Assembly: GCA_907165135.1 (NCBI GenBank)
Contig: OU015566.1
Location: forward strand, 2,170,001 to 2,234,000
Reading direction: 5' to 3'
Source of the DNA: Oikopleura dioica
Lineage: Eukaryota; Animalia; Chordata
Length of the DNA stretch: 64,000 nt
Below the pieces are notes generated by a model, which ran no database searches, was not told where the DNA came from, and worked only from the letters and a program-made list of their open reading frames with translations. Shown piece after piece: positions 36,862-49,100 of this stretch. The translations under genes were made by a program, and so were the position numbers. Numbering within the stretch: position 1 is the stretch's first letter; each line of letters begins with the position of its first letter.

Positions 36862-37453
36862 CCCCTGCCCGCATGAAAAATTTGTCACCCCTGCCCGCAT
36901 ATCGACCTACGCGTAGGTCGGGCCTTTGGGGTCTTTTAGTCGGGATAAAATTTTCCAAAGGACATGGATGGAATGATTAAAGGCTGAGCTTTCTCCTGGA
37001 CATGATCAAATGTCAAATGTCAGATGTCAAATGTCAACAAATGTCATCTTTTCAAAAGTACTCATTTTTGATAAAAGAATAAGTCGTCAGCGCTCCAAAT
37101 CTCGTCCAAAATAAATTCAAATATTTTCATGCAGTCATAAATACAGTAAAATAGAATAGAATTAGAATTCCGAACTTTTATTATCAACTGAGCATTAATT
37201 TGATCAAATAGATCTTGCCGAGAAGAGTTGAATCAAAGTTGGGTTTTGTCATGTTGACCCGAGATCAAAATTTCGCTCAATTGCTAAAATCTTAAATCTT
37301 TGAATAAATTTTATCTTGACCTCAGATCCTGATTCTCCATTAAAAAGTAGCCCGATATGTGGGGGTCAGCTTTATAGAAAATATTTACCAATCGCGAGAT
37401 AATCGCGTTTAAAAGTCAATTTACCTATGCGTAGGTCGATATGCGGGCAGGGG
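36862..37453. mobile_element. piggyBac-type MITE (copy 2), inside the duplicated inverted-repeat element (~36700-37924)
   Basis: Same TTAA/TIR structure as 22423-23016. Confidence 0.85.
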
Positions 37454-38027
37454 TTAATACGAAAGAGAAAATTCCTCTTCTCGGAATGTCAAAAAGGGTT
37501 ACACTATATATTCTTTACTGCTGCCAAAGTAAAACTGATTTTAGCTAAAAGTACTTTCTATAATTTTAGGTTAGGGTTAGGGGGCACTGGGCAAAATGAC
37601 AGAACAAACTCGCCCGAGGGGGATAGGCTAGGGTTAGTTAGGGTTACTGAAGGTAACCCTAAGTAACCCTAGACTAGACCCCGGCATTTTAGGACCTAGG
37701 GGGCGGAGCCCCCAGGTAAGGGATACTTAGATTCTATAATTTCCTGCCAAATAGTAGGGCGCTAGGACTCTTCGACCTTTTTCAATGATTTTTAAAATAA
37801 AACCCGGCGAATCACTGCTTAGAAATACTCATATTTGTCGTATTTCAATTGTTTGACCCCGACGAATTGGTGTATTTTTGATCTTCAATGTGTCGGGATC
37901 GATCCCGACGAATGACTGTTATTTACATGATTTACGGTTTTCGTATTTTATTATTATAAAAAAGATAAAATTAATCATTTTCGATTTTGATAAGAATTTT
38001 CATTAAAAATAATTTATCATATTTCAG

Positions 38028-39523
38028 ATCTCAACTCTTCTTTTTGCCTCTTCCCAAGCTCAGTACACCACTGAAGGTTATACCACAACGACTATCCGAC
38101 GACGCACTCCTCCTCACCCTTCAGTATTTTGTCCAAGAAGCAGTCAACCGTACAGAGTCACTGGCAACACTGTCATCACTTCTCCCGGCTTCGAACATCA
38201 AGGACATTACATCAACCGTCGCGATTGTACATGGGAAGTTGAAATGGACGCTTCTGTCAAAAGCTTCACGATTTACCCCGAGTTCTTCGAGGTAGAAGGC
38301 GACGAAAATTGCCGGAGGGACTTTTTGAAAATCAGCTTTGGTGATTCGAGCTTCACATTTTGCTCGGTAGACTTCGACATGGAGAACTTCGAGCCGTACA
38401 CAGCTTCATACTCGAGTAGTGATTACAGTAGCTACGGAAGCAGCTACAGTGGTTACAGCCCCTACCAAGGAGACTTTAACCACCCTCTCAAGGTAACATT
38501 GATTTGATGATTCGATTGAGATGTTTGTTAGGTCATTGGAAACAAAGCAACGATCCGATTCAAGAGCGATTCCTTTACTGTTTTCAAAGGATTCAAGCTC
38601 AGACTCGAGATAGACTAAGAAAACGAAGCTGCTGGATGCGATTTAACCCAAACTGGATCGGGATCAATTTCTAGCTCAACTGACTCTGTCGGAGAAAATG
38701 TCCATTGCAGGTAAATTTTTAAAGAAAATATCATTTCTGACTTTCTCTCGAGGTACACCCTTAACGCTCTCCCTGGACAAATCATCAAAATCGACTTCGA
38801 TCATTTCAATGTCAAGTCTGATCGAAACACACAATGGTGTCTAAAGGACTCACTTTCTATTGTCGGTCGAAAACATTGTGGAAGAGAAAAGGTTGGCTTC
38901 GGCAATAAAAGCATGCCCCCAAAGACACTCTTCATCTACGCGGAATCGACGGAGATTCTCTGGGAGACCTGGGGCTTTGATGACTCAAGCTTCAGTTTCT
39001 CCTGGGAATCCGTCGAGAATCCAAGTGGAATTGCTCCTTGTGCGCCGTTAGAGAGCGCTGAGGGATTTAACTATCATATGGAGGTGAAGACAATTGTTGA
39101 AAAAAATCTTCTCGACAATATTTTTAGCTATTTTTCAACAATCTTCTCTACCAGATGCAATTGCGTCGCCCCTGGATGTCAAAAGCACTTGAAAGATTCT
39201 GGAAAAACATCCAGATCGCCGAGGAGCATTTCCAGAATGAAGGCGAGTGCGACTGGAAGTATCACACGCCGACATACGAAGCATTTGATTTCAAAGAATT
39301 TGATCCGACCTTTTCAAAATGTAAGAATTTACGAAATTTTGCCAGCAACGCGAAGCAGTTCCTCGACAATTTCGTGTGCATGGATGGCCATGAATTTCCC
39401 AGAAGAACGCTGATCAAATGGCGCAAACAAGCCGAAAACCTTTCTGAACTTGCCGATAAGTTGTCGAATTATTGGCAACCAATCAATTGGGACAACCCAC
39501 AAGGTGCTACTGAAGTCTGTTAG
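38028..39523 (+). CDS. Two-CUB + helical domain protein (copy 2; in-frame TAA 38616-38618; diverged C-terminus)
   Basis: Identical to copy 1 up to ~39431, then substitutions (QAENL...PQGATEVC versus QGKNL...SQGATDVC). Confidence 0.7.
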
Positions 39524-40227
39524 ACAAAAATTCTTTCTGTAAAATAAATGAACAAATATTCTGCCCATTCGATTATTTTTCTTCTTTATTTATATTTTTT
39601 GTAAGAAAAAAGTGACTTTGGTCTTTGAGTTTTCTAGTAAGAATCATGCTCGACTTTTGATGATTTTTTATCAAAGACGTAATGAGATGTCTGAGGTGTC
39701 TTCCGCCGGAGATAGTGGAGTCAATTTGTGAGTTGCAAACAGGAACAAATTTTAAGTCAGGCTTGGATCATCTGATTTTCGGAATTTATAAGGAAAGCTT
39801 TTTCAGAGCTTTTTGATGAATAAACGGTATCAGAGAGCATTCTCCACCTGAAAGTACTCTCAAATGTCAGATTTTGTTTGCGCTGATTTTGCGGTGCCAA
39901 TTTTTTGCGCTTCCGGGGGCATGTTTGAGTGTGGCGGTTTGGTTTCACCGCAATTTTCTGAATGAGGTAGTTCCGTTTATTGCTGATGTAGGGTCGAAGT
40001 TCTTTTTAGAACAGAGCAAATCACTTGATTTTCGACAAATTCAGACATGTCAGATTCCGCCGATAGCCAAAATCTTTCCGCAGATTATCTGCTGAAGTTA
40101 TCGTCAGTAAAGCCTGGTTCAAACAGACGATTCCAACTGTGCAACTACAGCGCCATCGGATAGAGTCAACATAAATTCTTCAATAAAACCAATTCGCGGC
40201 ACTCAAATAAAAAAAAGAAAGTGCAAA

Positions 40228-41022
40228 ATGAGCGAAGGTATGACATAGATTTAACTAATTTAGCAAAAATAATTAAGTTAATGATAACATCAGCTTGTCA
40301 ACTAATACTGAGTCTACGATGCAAGAGAAAACAACTGAACTCGAAGAAAGCAATTTGCAGGAAGTTAAAGACTCTGGAAAAAATCGAAGAGTATAGTGAA
40401 TTTGTAGATGTATTTATCAATATATTTAGCTTAAAATTGGTGGTGGCATTGCTCTTGGAATAATTCTGCTGACAGCAATTATTGTTCCATGTGTTCTTCT
40501 TCTTCCAAAAGAGCAGAAAACATCATCGACGACAACAACATCAACATCAACTACAACAACAACGACAACAACAACAACGAAAACTCAAATAGCGACATTT
40601 CCTGAAATCAGTACTTCAACATTCTCTTCTGTACCAACAGAAGATGCTTCGACAACTTTAGCGTTTGAAACTACAACTGTAAAAACAACAACATTACCGT
40701 TGGTTACTGATGATTATATTTGCGAGATTATTGGTGAAGCTTTGGACATCAATATCTGCTTGGTTCATTGTGATTCCCCGATGAAGAAATGTACCCGCAA
40801 TGACCCAGGTTAATTGTACAAATCGAATTTAAATTCAAACTTCAAAACTAAGATTGCTACCAATTTGGTGAGAATTGCTACACACCCTTAGAAGCTGATT
40901 GGTCATTTTGCGCAAAAGAAAATGAGTGGAAGACATGCTCAGAAGAATCGATTTCTGGTGAATCTGTCGATGAAATTTGCGCTGAAGATCCAACTTGTAA
41001 AACTGAACCATCAGTTTTGTAA
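40228..41022 (+). CDS. Type II membrane mucin-like protein with a 10-Cys domain (paralog B)
   Basis: Same exon structure and Cys spacing as 25775-26630, with many amino acid differences. Confidence 0.75.
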
Positions 41023-41082
41023 AATAATTTGCTTGCAAATATATTTCATTGAATTATTTGACAAATGAACTGTGGTACTTAA

Positions 41083-41313
41083 CGCCGGAACGCATATACG
41101 ACCCATTTTTGGGTAATACGATTTTGCTCATCAAAAAACCATATTATATTTGATATACGCATATAATATGATCACGCTCAAATTATATTTTTGTAGCTTA
41201 GAGTCCGGTTATAATAAATAAACCCGGAACTTTATTCTCTTTATGCCCAAATCGCGACAATATTCGGTTAAAAAATGGTCAGAAATTGGCAAAAATGGCC
41301 ATGCGCTCCGGGG
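41083..41313. mobile_element. Small TTAA-flanked MITE (piggyBac-like), present only in copy 2
   Basis: TTAA-CGCCGGAACGCAT ... ATGCGCTCCGGGG-TTAA; absent at the homologous position ~26690. Confidence 0.65.
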
Positions 41314-41728
41314 TTAACATTCTGATCTGTTACCCATGAAATCGAAAATAAGAATACCAAGTCTGAAACGATTTTGAATGAGAAAGTCCAACAACAAGAA
41401 ACAGTTGTAACGCTGACTCAATTAAGGGCGGCGGGCACGTTTGACAAGCCATTGGGGTTAGGACCTCTGTGGTTTTCGGATTTTGCGGTTTCCTCTTATT
41501 TTGGTGGAGCACGCCGCCATCCTTTTTAGCTTTCGCTGAATTTCGCCTCTTTGAATATTCAACGAGGAGAAAATCAGGGAGGCTCGATTTTCCGCGCTGT
41601 CGCTATTCAATTATCACGAGATACCCTTAACTTAGAGAGTCACTCTCTTAGATTTCTGAGTGGAGGAAATAGCCCCTGCATAAGCGCAGTCCTTTTTTTA
41701 AATTACAGAGAAATTTGACATTTTCAAA

Positions 41729-43490
41729 ATGAAGATTTTTCAATTTTTGCTAGCCAAAAGTCTTGGATTTGAAACAATGTGGGCGATTCACGAGCCAGAG
41801 ATCGGAAGCTTCGGAGAGATAGAGACGGAATATTTGAAAGAGAATACTGTTGAAATTTGGCAGATTGAAAGAGCAGAGAAAGGAGAGAAGATAAGGATCA
41901 AATTCGAGTTTATGAATATTGCTCTAACAAGGTAATTAATCATAAACCAAATTGAAATAATGACGGAAAAAAATAAAAGTTTTGAAGAAGACTTTTATGA
42001 TAAACTCTTCTTTTAACTTGCCTCTTGAATCAATGAGTGCATCAGTGGAATATTTATTATTCTAAAAACCATAAAAATGAACAAAAATTGTGAAGATTAA
42101 TAATTTTATAAAATAAGTCAGCGATAAAAACTTTTATTTCCTGAATTCTTTGAAACCATTAAGAATCCGTTATAAAAATTAAGACATAATGATCCCTGCG
42201 ACACAAATTATCTTCAAATCTACGACTCTTTTGGCGACAATTCCTCCCCAATATCACCTCGCCTCTGTGGGGACTACACAAGAAGTACCTCTGCACTCAC
42301 CCGTCAGCGCGCTTTTCAACCCTTTTACAATCTCAGACACGAGGATTGGTTTCGCGGCAAAACTTTTGACAGTAATGAGCTCACGCTGATGCTCAAAACG
42401 GGGGATGGAGAACTTGGAGAAGGATTTAAGAATCGGTTTCAAAATTGACAATTTTTTAAATCATTAAAATCGAAATCATAAAAAACGGGAAAAATGAAAC
42501 CGAAAAAGCTTACTTGGGATATTTGGACGAAAAACTACTGCGAAATGAGCGAAAATGCTTGCTCAAAAAACGAAAAATGCATAAATGAAGAAAAAAAATT
42601 CAGGAAAAATATCAAAAAGGAGCTTTTTTCCTTTTTTTGTTCAAAATTTTGATCTTGAAAAAGATGTGATTGTAAAGAAGGATTCACGCGGCTTCGAAAC
42701 TCAAGCAATTGTGTCAGATTAAACAGCCGAAAATGCATGAAAAAGGTCTTTTCAGAAATAATTCTTGATCTTCAACCCTTTTAGAATATCTGCCCTGAGC
42801 AAACAAAGTGCATTCCTGACGACTCTTCAGCTGGTTATATTTGCAAATGCCTTGATGTCGTCTTCTACGGCTTGGAAGGAAAAGTCGAGAAGACAAAAAC
42901 CATCACGATGGAGAACTTTTCCGGGAATTCGACAGATCCGCTTTGTCTTCCGGTTCAATCATCGACAAGAAAACCGCGAAAGACTTTGAGAATCAACTTG
43001 AAATCGACAGCTGAAAATTTTGGTGGTTTGGAGAAGCCGTGTCCGTACGGCGTTCTTTATGAATTTTTCAAATTGGAGGTCGGAAAAGAAGCGATAAAGC
43101 GACCGACGAGGAGGCCGGATGCGATTGATAAGATTCTCGAGAGGCAGGACAAGTTGCTCAAGGGGCTGATGGGAGATATTGACAGGGGGTGGAGGAGAAG
43201 ATGTGGTCCACGTTGCAGTGGAGATATTTGCTCGTTGGAAGAAATTCGGTAAGAGAAAAACGGTGAAAATAAATATTTTATGTTTATTTTTATCAAGAGC
43301 ATATCATGACCAGTCCATCCGGCTTATCAAGAGTCAAAATCAAATCCAACGGGCTCTCATCAAATTCATCGAAGAACGCGTCTCAAGCGACGACCCATTT
43401 CTTTGTGGAGAGTTTCGCGACCGATACCTCCAAAAACAACGAAGAATTTTCTTGAAACTCGATCGCGTCACTTCCAAACGACCTCTTTAA
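41729..43490 (+). CDS. Secreted CUB-EGF-EGF protein with a C-terminal helical region (about 6 exons)
   Basis: MKIFQFLLAKSLG signal; CUB (IRIKFEFMNI...PCDTNYLQI...RLCG...SNELTLMLKTGDGELGEGFK|LTWDI); EGF1 CEMSENACSKNEKCINEEKKFR|CDCKEGF; EGF2 ICPEQTKCIPDDSSAGYICKC. Confidence 0.7.
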
Positions 43491-43546
43491 TTCGACCATG
43501 AAATATATTCTTGCACATTTTTCATAATAAATTTTTTTTTAGAAAT

Positions 43547-45388
43547 TTATTTGAAGAGAGGTTTCATGAATTTTTCAAAATACTCTTCGTATTTTTTGTC
43601 TTCTTCGCTCATTTTTTCGAAGCTTGAGACTCCATCTTCGCCAATTTTCATTCTTTCCCCCGATTCAAAAAATGGCTTCCAATTTGGGTCTTTTGGCTTG
43701 CCAAATGTCGCAAAATGAGTTAAATTTTCAATCCACTGCAGAGAAAGATCCTTTTCTTTGTTGGGAAACTGAACATTCTGCGCATTTTCTTCGTAGAAAG
43801 AAATTCCGAAAATGAAGATGTAGCAGTCACCATGATCAGTTTTTGACCAATCTGGGCGGTTTGAAGTAAGTTCTCCGCGGTAAGAATCGTTTTTCGCGAA
43901 AAGTGGCTTGTACGAATTTCTAGAGACGATGCCTTGAAACGATGATTCCTTACGAAGACCTTACCGGTAGACAAAGGCATTTTTCATCGATCGAGCTCGA
44001 GCTTCGATTCCGATTCCAATCTCCATCTCGCCGAACCATTTTCCAAATATCTAGGGCAAGAGGACAATTAAAAAAGCCTGTTTGATCATACCTTTGTGTA
44101 GTAAAACTGGTCCGATTTGTCAAACCCAGAGCCAAAGTACTCTTCTATGATTTCAGGATATTTTTCTTCTGGAAGAATCTCGGGAATCATTCGTCTTCCT
44201 TTTGCAGTCCGAATGACGACTTCCTAAGCCACAATTTTAATACCGTAGTTTTGCCTTTTTATGAACCTGAAAATCTTCTTTTGAAAGACCTTCCAAAAAC
44301 TTCGGGTGATGATAAAAACTCATCGAGTAGCAACCCTCATCATTTGTTCTCCCCATCATATATGGAATGTCCATTTTGAATGACTCCTCGAGATCTGCAT
44401 AGGGAAATGAAGGTAGGATAGAATCAGATTCTCCAGTGCAAAAAGTCCAGTAGAAATAGTCGGGCTCTGTCCAAGCAGGGTATTCGATTTTTCGCAAAAA
44501 TTCTTCAAATGGCATCTCTTGAATTTATAACGATGATGAGCTCGTTCATTTAATTCACCTTAACTTACTTGTTACTTTTTCTCGAACTTTCTCATCATCA
44601 TCTTCTCCCAGAATTTTTTTCAACCTTCTCATGTTATTTTCCTTTTTCTCATCTCTTGTCCAGGTCCAAGCGCTCGAGGCATTTCCTGACATCGCGATTG
44701 CCCGGTGAAACAAGCCTTTCGACCTTGGCGAACTCATCAAATGATCGACAATCATTCCTCCCGCCGAGTATCCCATCAGTGTTACGTTTTCCTTGTCTCC
44801 TCCGAATTTTTCAATGTGCAGTTGAACCCATTCCAGCGCTGACAAAACATCACTGAGCGCCCAATTTCCGCCGAACATCGTCCCAAAAGAGCCGAGTCGA
44901 TAATTTATGCTCACGAAGATCACATCGCCTATTGCTGCCAAAGCATGACCATCGTAACTAGAAGCGCCGCCGATGAGAAGACTGCCGCCATGGACGTAGA
45001 GGATGACCGGCTTGTTTTTCAGGTGGTTTTGCTTGGTGAAAATGTTGAGGTAGAGGGGGTCGGTTTCGGATGCGTAAGTCACGTGTTCTTTTTTGAGAGT
45101 TCGTGGGAGAGTCAGCCAGTTGGACAAGTTAAACTCATTGGGTTGTGGAAAATGAGGCGTCGCTTAATTGAATGATCGACAAAAGGGATATCAAAAACCC
45201 TAACCTGGTAAAATGGGAAGCTTCTCGGGAACGTTTTCTCTGACCGTTGATTCCCGAAACCTCTCCGCATCAGCATACGGTATCCCTCGATAAACAGCAA
45301 CAGAAACAACTTCCTTCGATTTTGGGTCATAAAAAGTTTCAGTAACAAGACCAGATATTGGGTAAACAAGTTTCTCTTGGTCTTTCAT
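43547..45388 (-). CDS. Type-B carboxylesterase (alpha/beta hydrolase), no evident signal peptide
   Basis: RGIPYA, SETDPLYLNIF, VILYVHGGS, VSINYRLG, nucleophile elbow GYSAGG, FHRAIAMSG, GRTNDEG, catalytic DHGD, FATFGKP. Confidence 0.92.
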
Positions 45389-46192
45389 GATTTCAAAAAT
45401 AATTCTGAAATGTCTAGATTTCCTGCAAATTTCGAAAAAGAGAAACCAAACATGATGTTTGAATAGCGTAATGTTAAATTTATTTGACTTGTCGAAAATC
45501 AAAAATTTTCTTCCAAGAATCAAGACTATTGACGATTACTGACGAAATGAATAAATAAGCTCTCTTCTTTAACATTATTTTAAATTCGATTTTTATTAGT
45601 GAATTATAACTGCATTGAGTTTGTTTTAAAAACAAACATAAAAATCTTAAATCTTTAGAAATCGAATCTTCTATTCAGGGAATTTTTTGGCACCGGAGAA
45701 CCACAACATCATCATAAAAAGCACAGAATGCGTCGTTTATTGCGCACTGAAGAAAAGTTAACTGCATTCCAAATATTTAAAGAGCGCAAAAATGGTTAAG
45801 CCAGTTTCACCACTCCCTCCTGATAAAACCGGTACCAAAGAAGAAGAGATTCAATTTCAAAGGAAAATTGTCAAAAATATTTTTTTTTTTCATGAAAAGA
45901 AATATTTCTTGATGGCTTGGGAACGGGAGAATTACTGTATTTCGAGAAGCTTTTGTCTTAGTTGAGATCATTGTTGATCTCATCATTATCGCTCTTCCTA
46001 TGCTTATCTTTGATGATTGACCGTGAATAAGGATTATAAAAACTAGTCTAAACGTTTTTATGAGTTTTTATCCAAATGACTATTTTCTAACGCCAAAGCT
46101 CTCATAAAACTTTTTTGACAATTTTCATAAGCGTCGATTCAAAGGAAAACGAGAAACAAGAAAACTGCGTAAAAATTTCTACCAGCTCAAGA

Positions 46193-49100
46193 ATGAAGAA
46201 GATTTTGGTGGGGATAGGGGTTTTTGGGGTTCTTCTAGCAATAGCTCTTGGAATTTCTGCCCTTGTTATATGTAAAACCGATTTTTTATTTAATTAATTA
46301 TTTTATGTTTTCAGCGCTTCAAGATAAAAATGAAGATAAGGCCGAGACTCCAGGTAAAGTTCTGAAAAGGAGGAAAAATATCATAATTTTTTTCAGAAAC
46401 GCCGCTGGAAAAATACGGAACATACGAGTCGAACATCCAGCGCCTTTCAAAGCTAGCCGAGCTTGACTCAAGCACATACAAAGTCATTGACCTAGCGGAA
46501 AATATCCAAACAAGATCATCCGAAAAATCTGAAAATCGAAAACTTGAAGCGATCGAAATCGTTCCCAACTATGTCATCGGTGGTTCGAATCCGTTCATTA
46601 TCATCCTCTGCGGCCTCCGTGCGAATGACTTTGAATCTGTTCGAGCTTGCATGGGACTGGCTGAAAGCGATTTGCCGACGAAATGGCCGGGAATGAACTT
46701 CATCATCGCCCCGATTTCGAACCCTCATGGATACGACTACGCACTTCAAAAGGATCAGAATTGGACGAAAAATCGAGATGAGCATGAAAACGGCTGTTTT
46801 GGGACGAAAATTCGGCAGAATTTCGAGAAAAACTTTGCAGTCGTTAATGACGATCCTTGTTCGGAAGATTTTGTCGGAGTCGAAGCACTTTCTGCTTGGG
46901 AAGCTGAAGCAATTCATGAAAAAGCATAAAATTTTTTGAAATCAAGGAAGAAAATTTTTTTGATGAATTAAATGGGCGCCTTTATTTTCAAATATCTTTC
47001 TATGCTCTTTAAAGTCCTATATCTTTCAATACAATTGGGAGGCACTTTTAGTCGTCGAAAGCTCCTCGCTTTCCAATCTCCAAGTCATCACGCCTGCGAA
47101 AGAAAATACCCATGCTTTCCGAAAACTCCTCCCTCGAGTGTTCCTTGGAGCAGAAGGCTTCGAAACAAAGCGACCGGACGATTCAAGAACTGGATTTCTT
47201 GAAGACTCTTTCATTTCAAAATTCGGGCGAATTGCTACTGTTCAAATTACCGAAGAAGAAAAAGGAAACGATCGGGATTTGAGATTGCTCGTTGATAATT
47301 TCTCCGAGCAGATTTTGAAGAAAAACAGCTTCGAAAAGGTCTTTCTCGACGATTTTTTCTGGCAAGAAGACAATATTTTCAAATACGAGCTGGTTTCAAC
47401 CGACTCTTCTTCTGACCAAATCACCACTTATGAGTACAACATGACTTCGCTTCAATGGCTCGACGATACTGTCACTGATAGATCTCTCTGGACGCATTCC
47501 GTGTACTTGATTGTTCCGAAAGAAGTCAAGGATGATAAAGCGATGTTTTTGCAAGTCACGTGGGGAGATAACTGGATTCAGCCGCAAACGAAAGCTTCTC
47601 ATAGCGATGATCTATCGAGGTACTTAAAAATGAGATTTCACGATCAATTGAAAACTTCATAATTCAGAACCCAGCAATTTACGATCAACACTGGAATCGT
47701 CTCTGGAGTCATCAAGCACGTCCCTAATCAGCCAATCCGATTCCGTGACGACTCGGAAACAGACAAGCTTATCTACGGAAACGACGATGGATCATACGAT
47801 GGTCGATACGAAGACGGTATTCTCGCAAAAACTTGGGACATGTTCATCAAAAACTTCGATGCAACGGGCGAATCTGATTATAACTTGCTCGTTCATCCTT
47901 CGATGGGAAAATCAGCTGTGAGGGCGCTTGATTTGATTGCGGAAGAGACATATGCTCATACAGGGAAATATCCCTTCAAGGCAGGAGTAGTAGGAGCATC
48001 GAAAAGGGGATGGACTTGTTGGCTAGCTGCAGCAGGAGATTTCGAAAGAATCAAAATGAATGTAAGTGATCATGATATATTTGAACTTCAAATTTTGAAG
48101 AGCGATTTTTCTTTCAGTTGGCTTCAACAAATTTTCTCGCCTTTTCAACAGCATTTCCGAATTTTATCTTCAAAATGACTTCTTTGTTTTTCTCCAGTCC
48201 TCTTAAATAATCATGAGACTTGTGACTTCCAAAAGCAAACTCGGACGCGTCGAAAATCGGAAAATCAGTTGTCTCCAGATCTTCTCCTGAATTTCTTTGT
48301 CGAGCTCAATTTCATATTTTCTTTTGATAATCATATTTGAAAAAAGATGAAGATCTTGTTGTGATCATATTGAACTCTTCCTGAACCAATAAAGGAGAGC
48401 TGGAAAATCAACGATAAGATCACTGGTCAGTCGAATGCGTAAATGCTTCTTTACTCTTAAAAATATGCTTGACCCCTTTCAACGACTTAAAACGATACCT
48501 TTGCTTGAAAAATTCTTGAAAAGCCTTATTTCCTATTTTCGGAGAAGCGACGCTTACAACTCGAAAATCTTCCTCTTCAAATTTTGGCGCTAGATGTCAG
48601 GCTCCGTATATTCTCGAGATAAAGTCATTAGAAATATCGGAGACCGTCCTAAAGATGCTCCAATAAGGGAAGCAACAGCGCCGCCAAGTGAATGGCCCAC
48701 AATCAAAATTTCATCAACAGGCTTTTTTTCTAGCGTTTCATCGAGAAATCTTTCTATTTTCGGCTTCAGCGCTTCAAAGCACTCGTAAAAACCGCTATGA
48801 ACGAAAGCTTCGGTGTCCTCGAAGGGAACTTGAGATATCTTCAAATCTTGCACCAAATCTTGGCGTTCAACAGTCCCAGCCACAGCCACTATTGCGTATG
48901 TTTTGCCCTCGACATCATCGATTGCCTTTTCCTTTCCGTATATGAGGATGGCATCGGAAGCTGTTTCCTCGTGCCGGATGACTTCGTAGTCAAATGTTTC
49001 GAATCGTTTTAGCAGTGATACTGCTGATGACTTTATACTTGAATTATTTTCTTGTTCGAATCATAAGATGATTATTTTTTCTTATCCAATTCCTTCTCAA

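Larger units (their letters stand above)
28111..42362 (+). repeat. Tandem segmental duplication, copy 2
   Basis: Near-identical to 13671-24994 up to ~39431, then a diverged homolog of 24995-28110. Confidence 0.97.
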
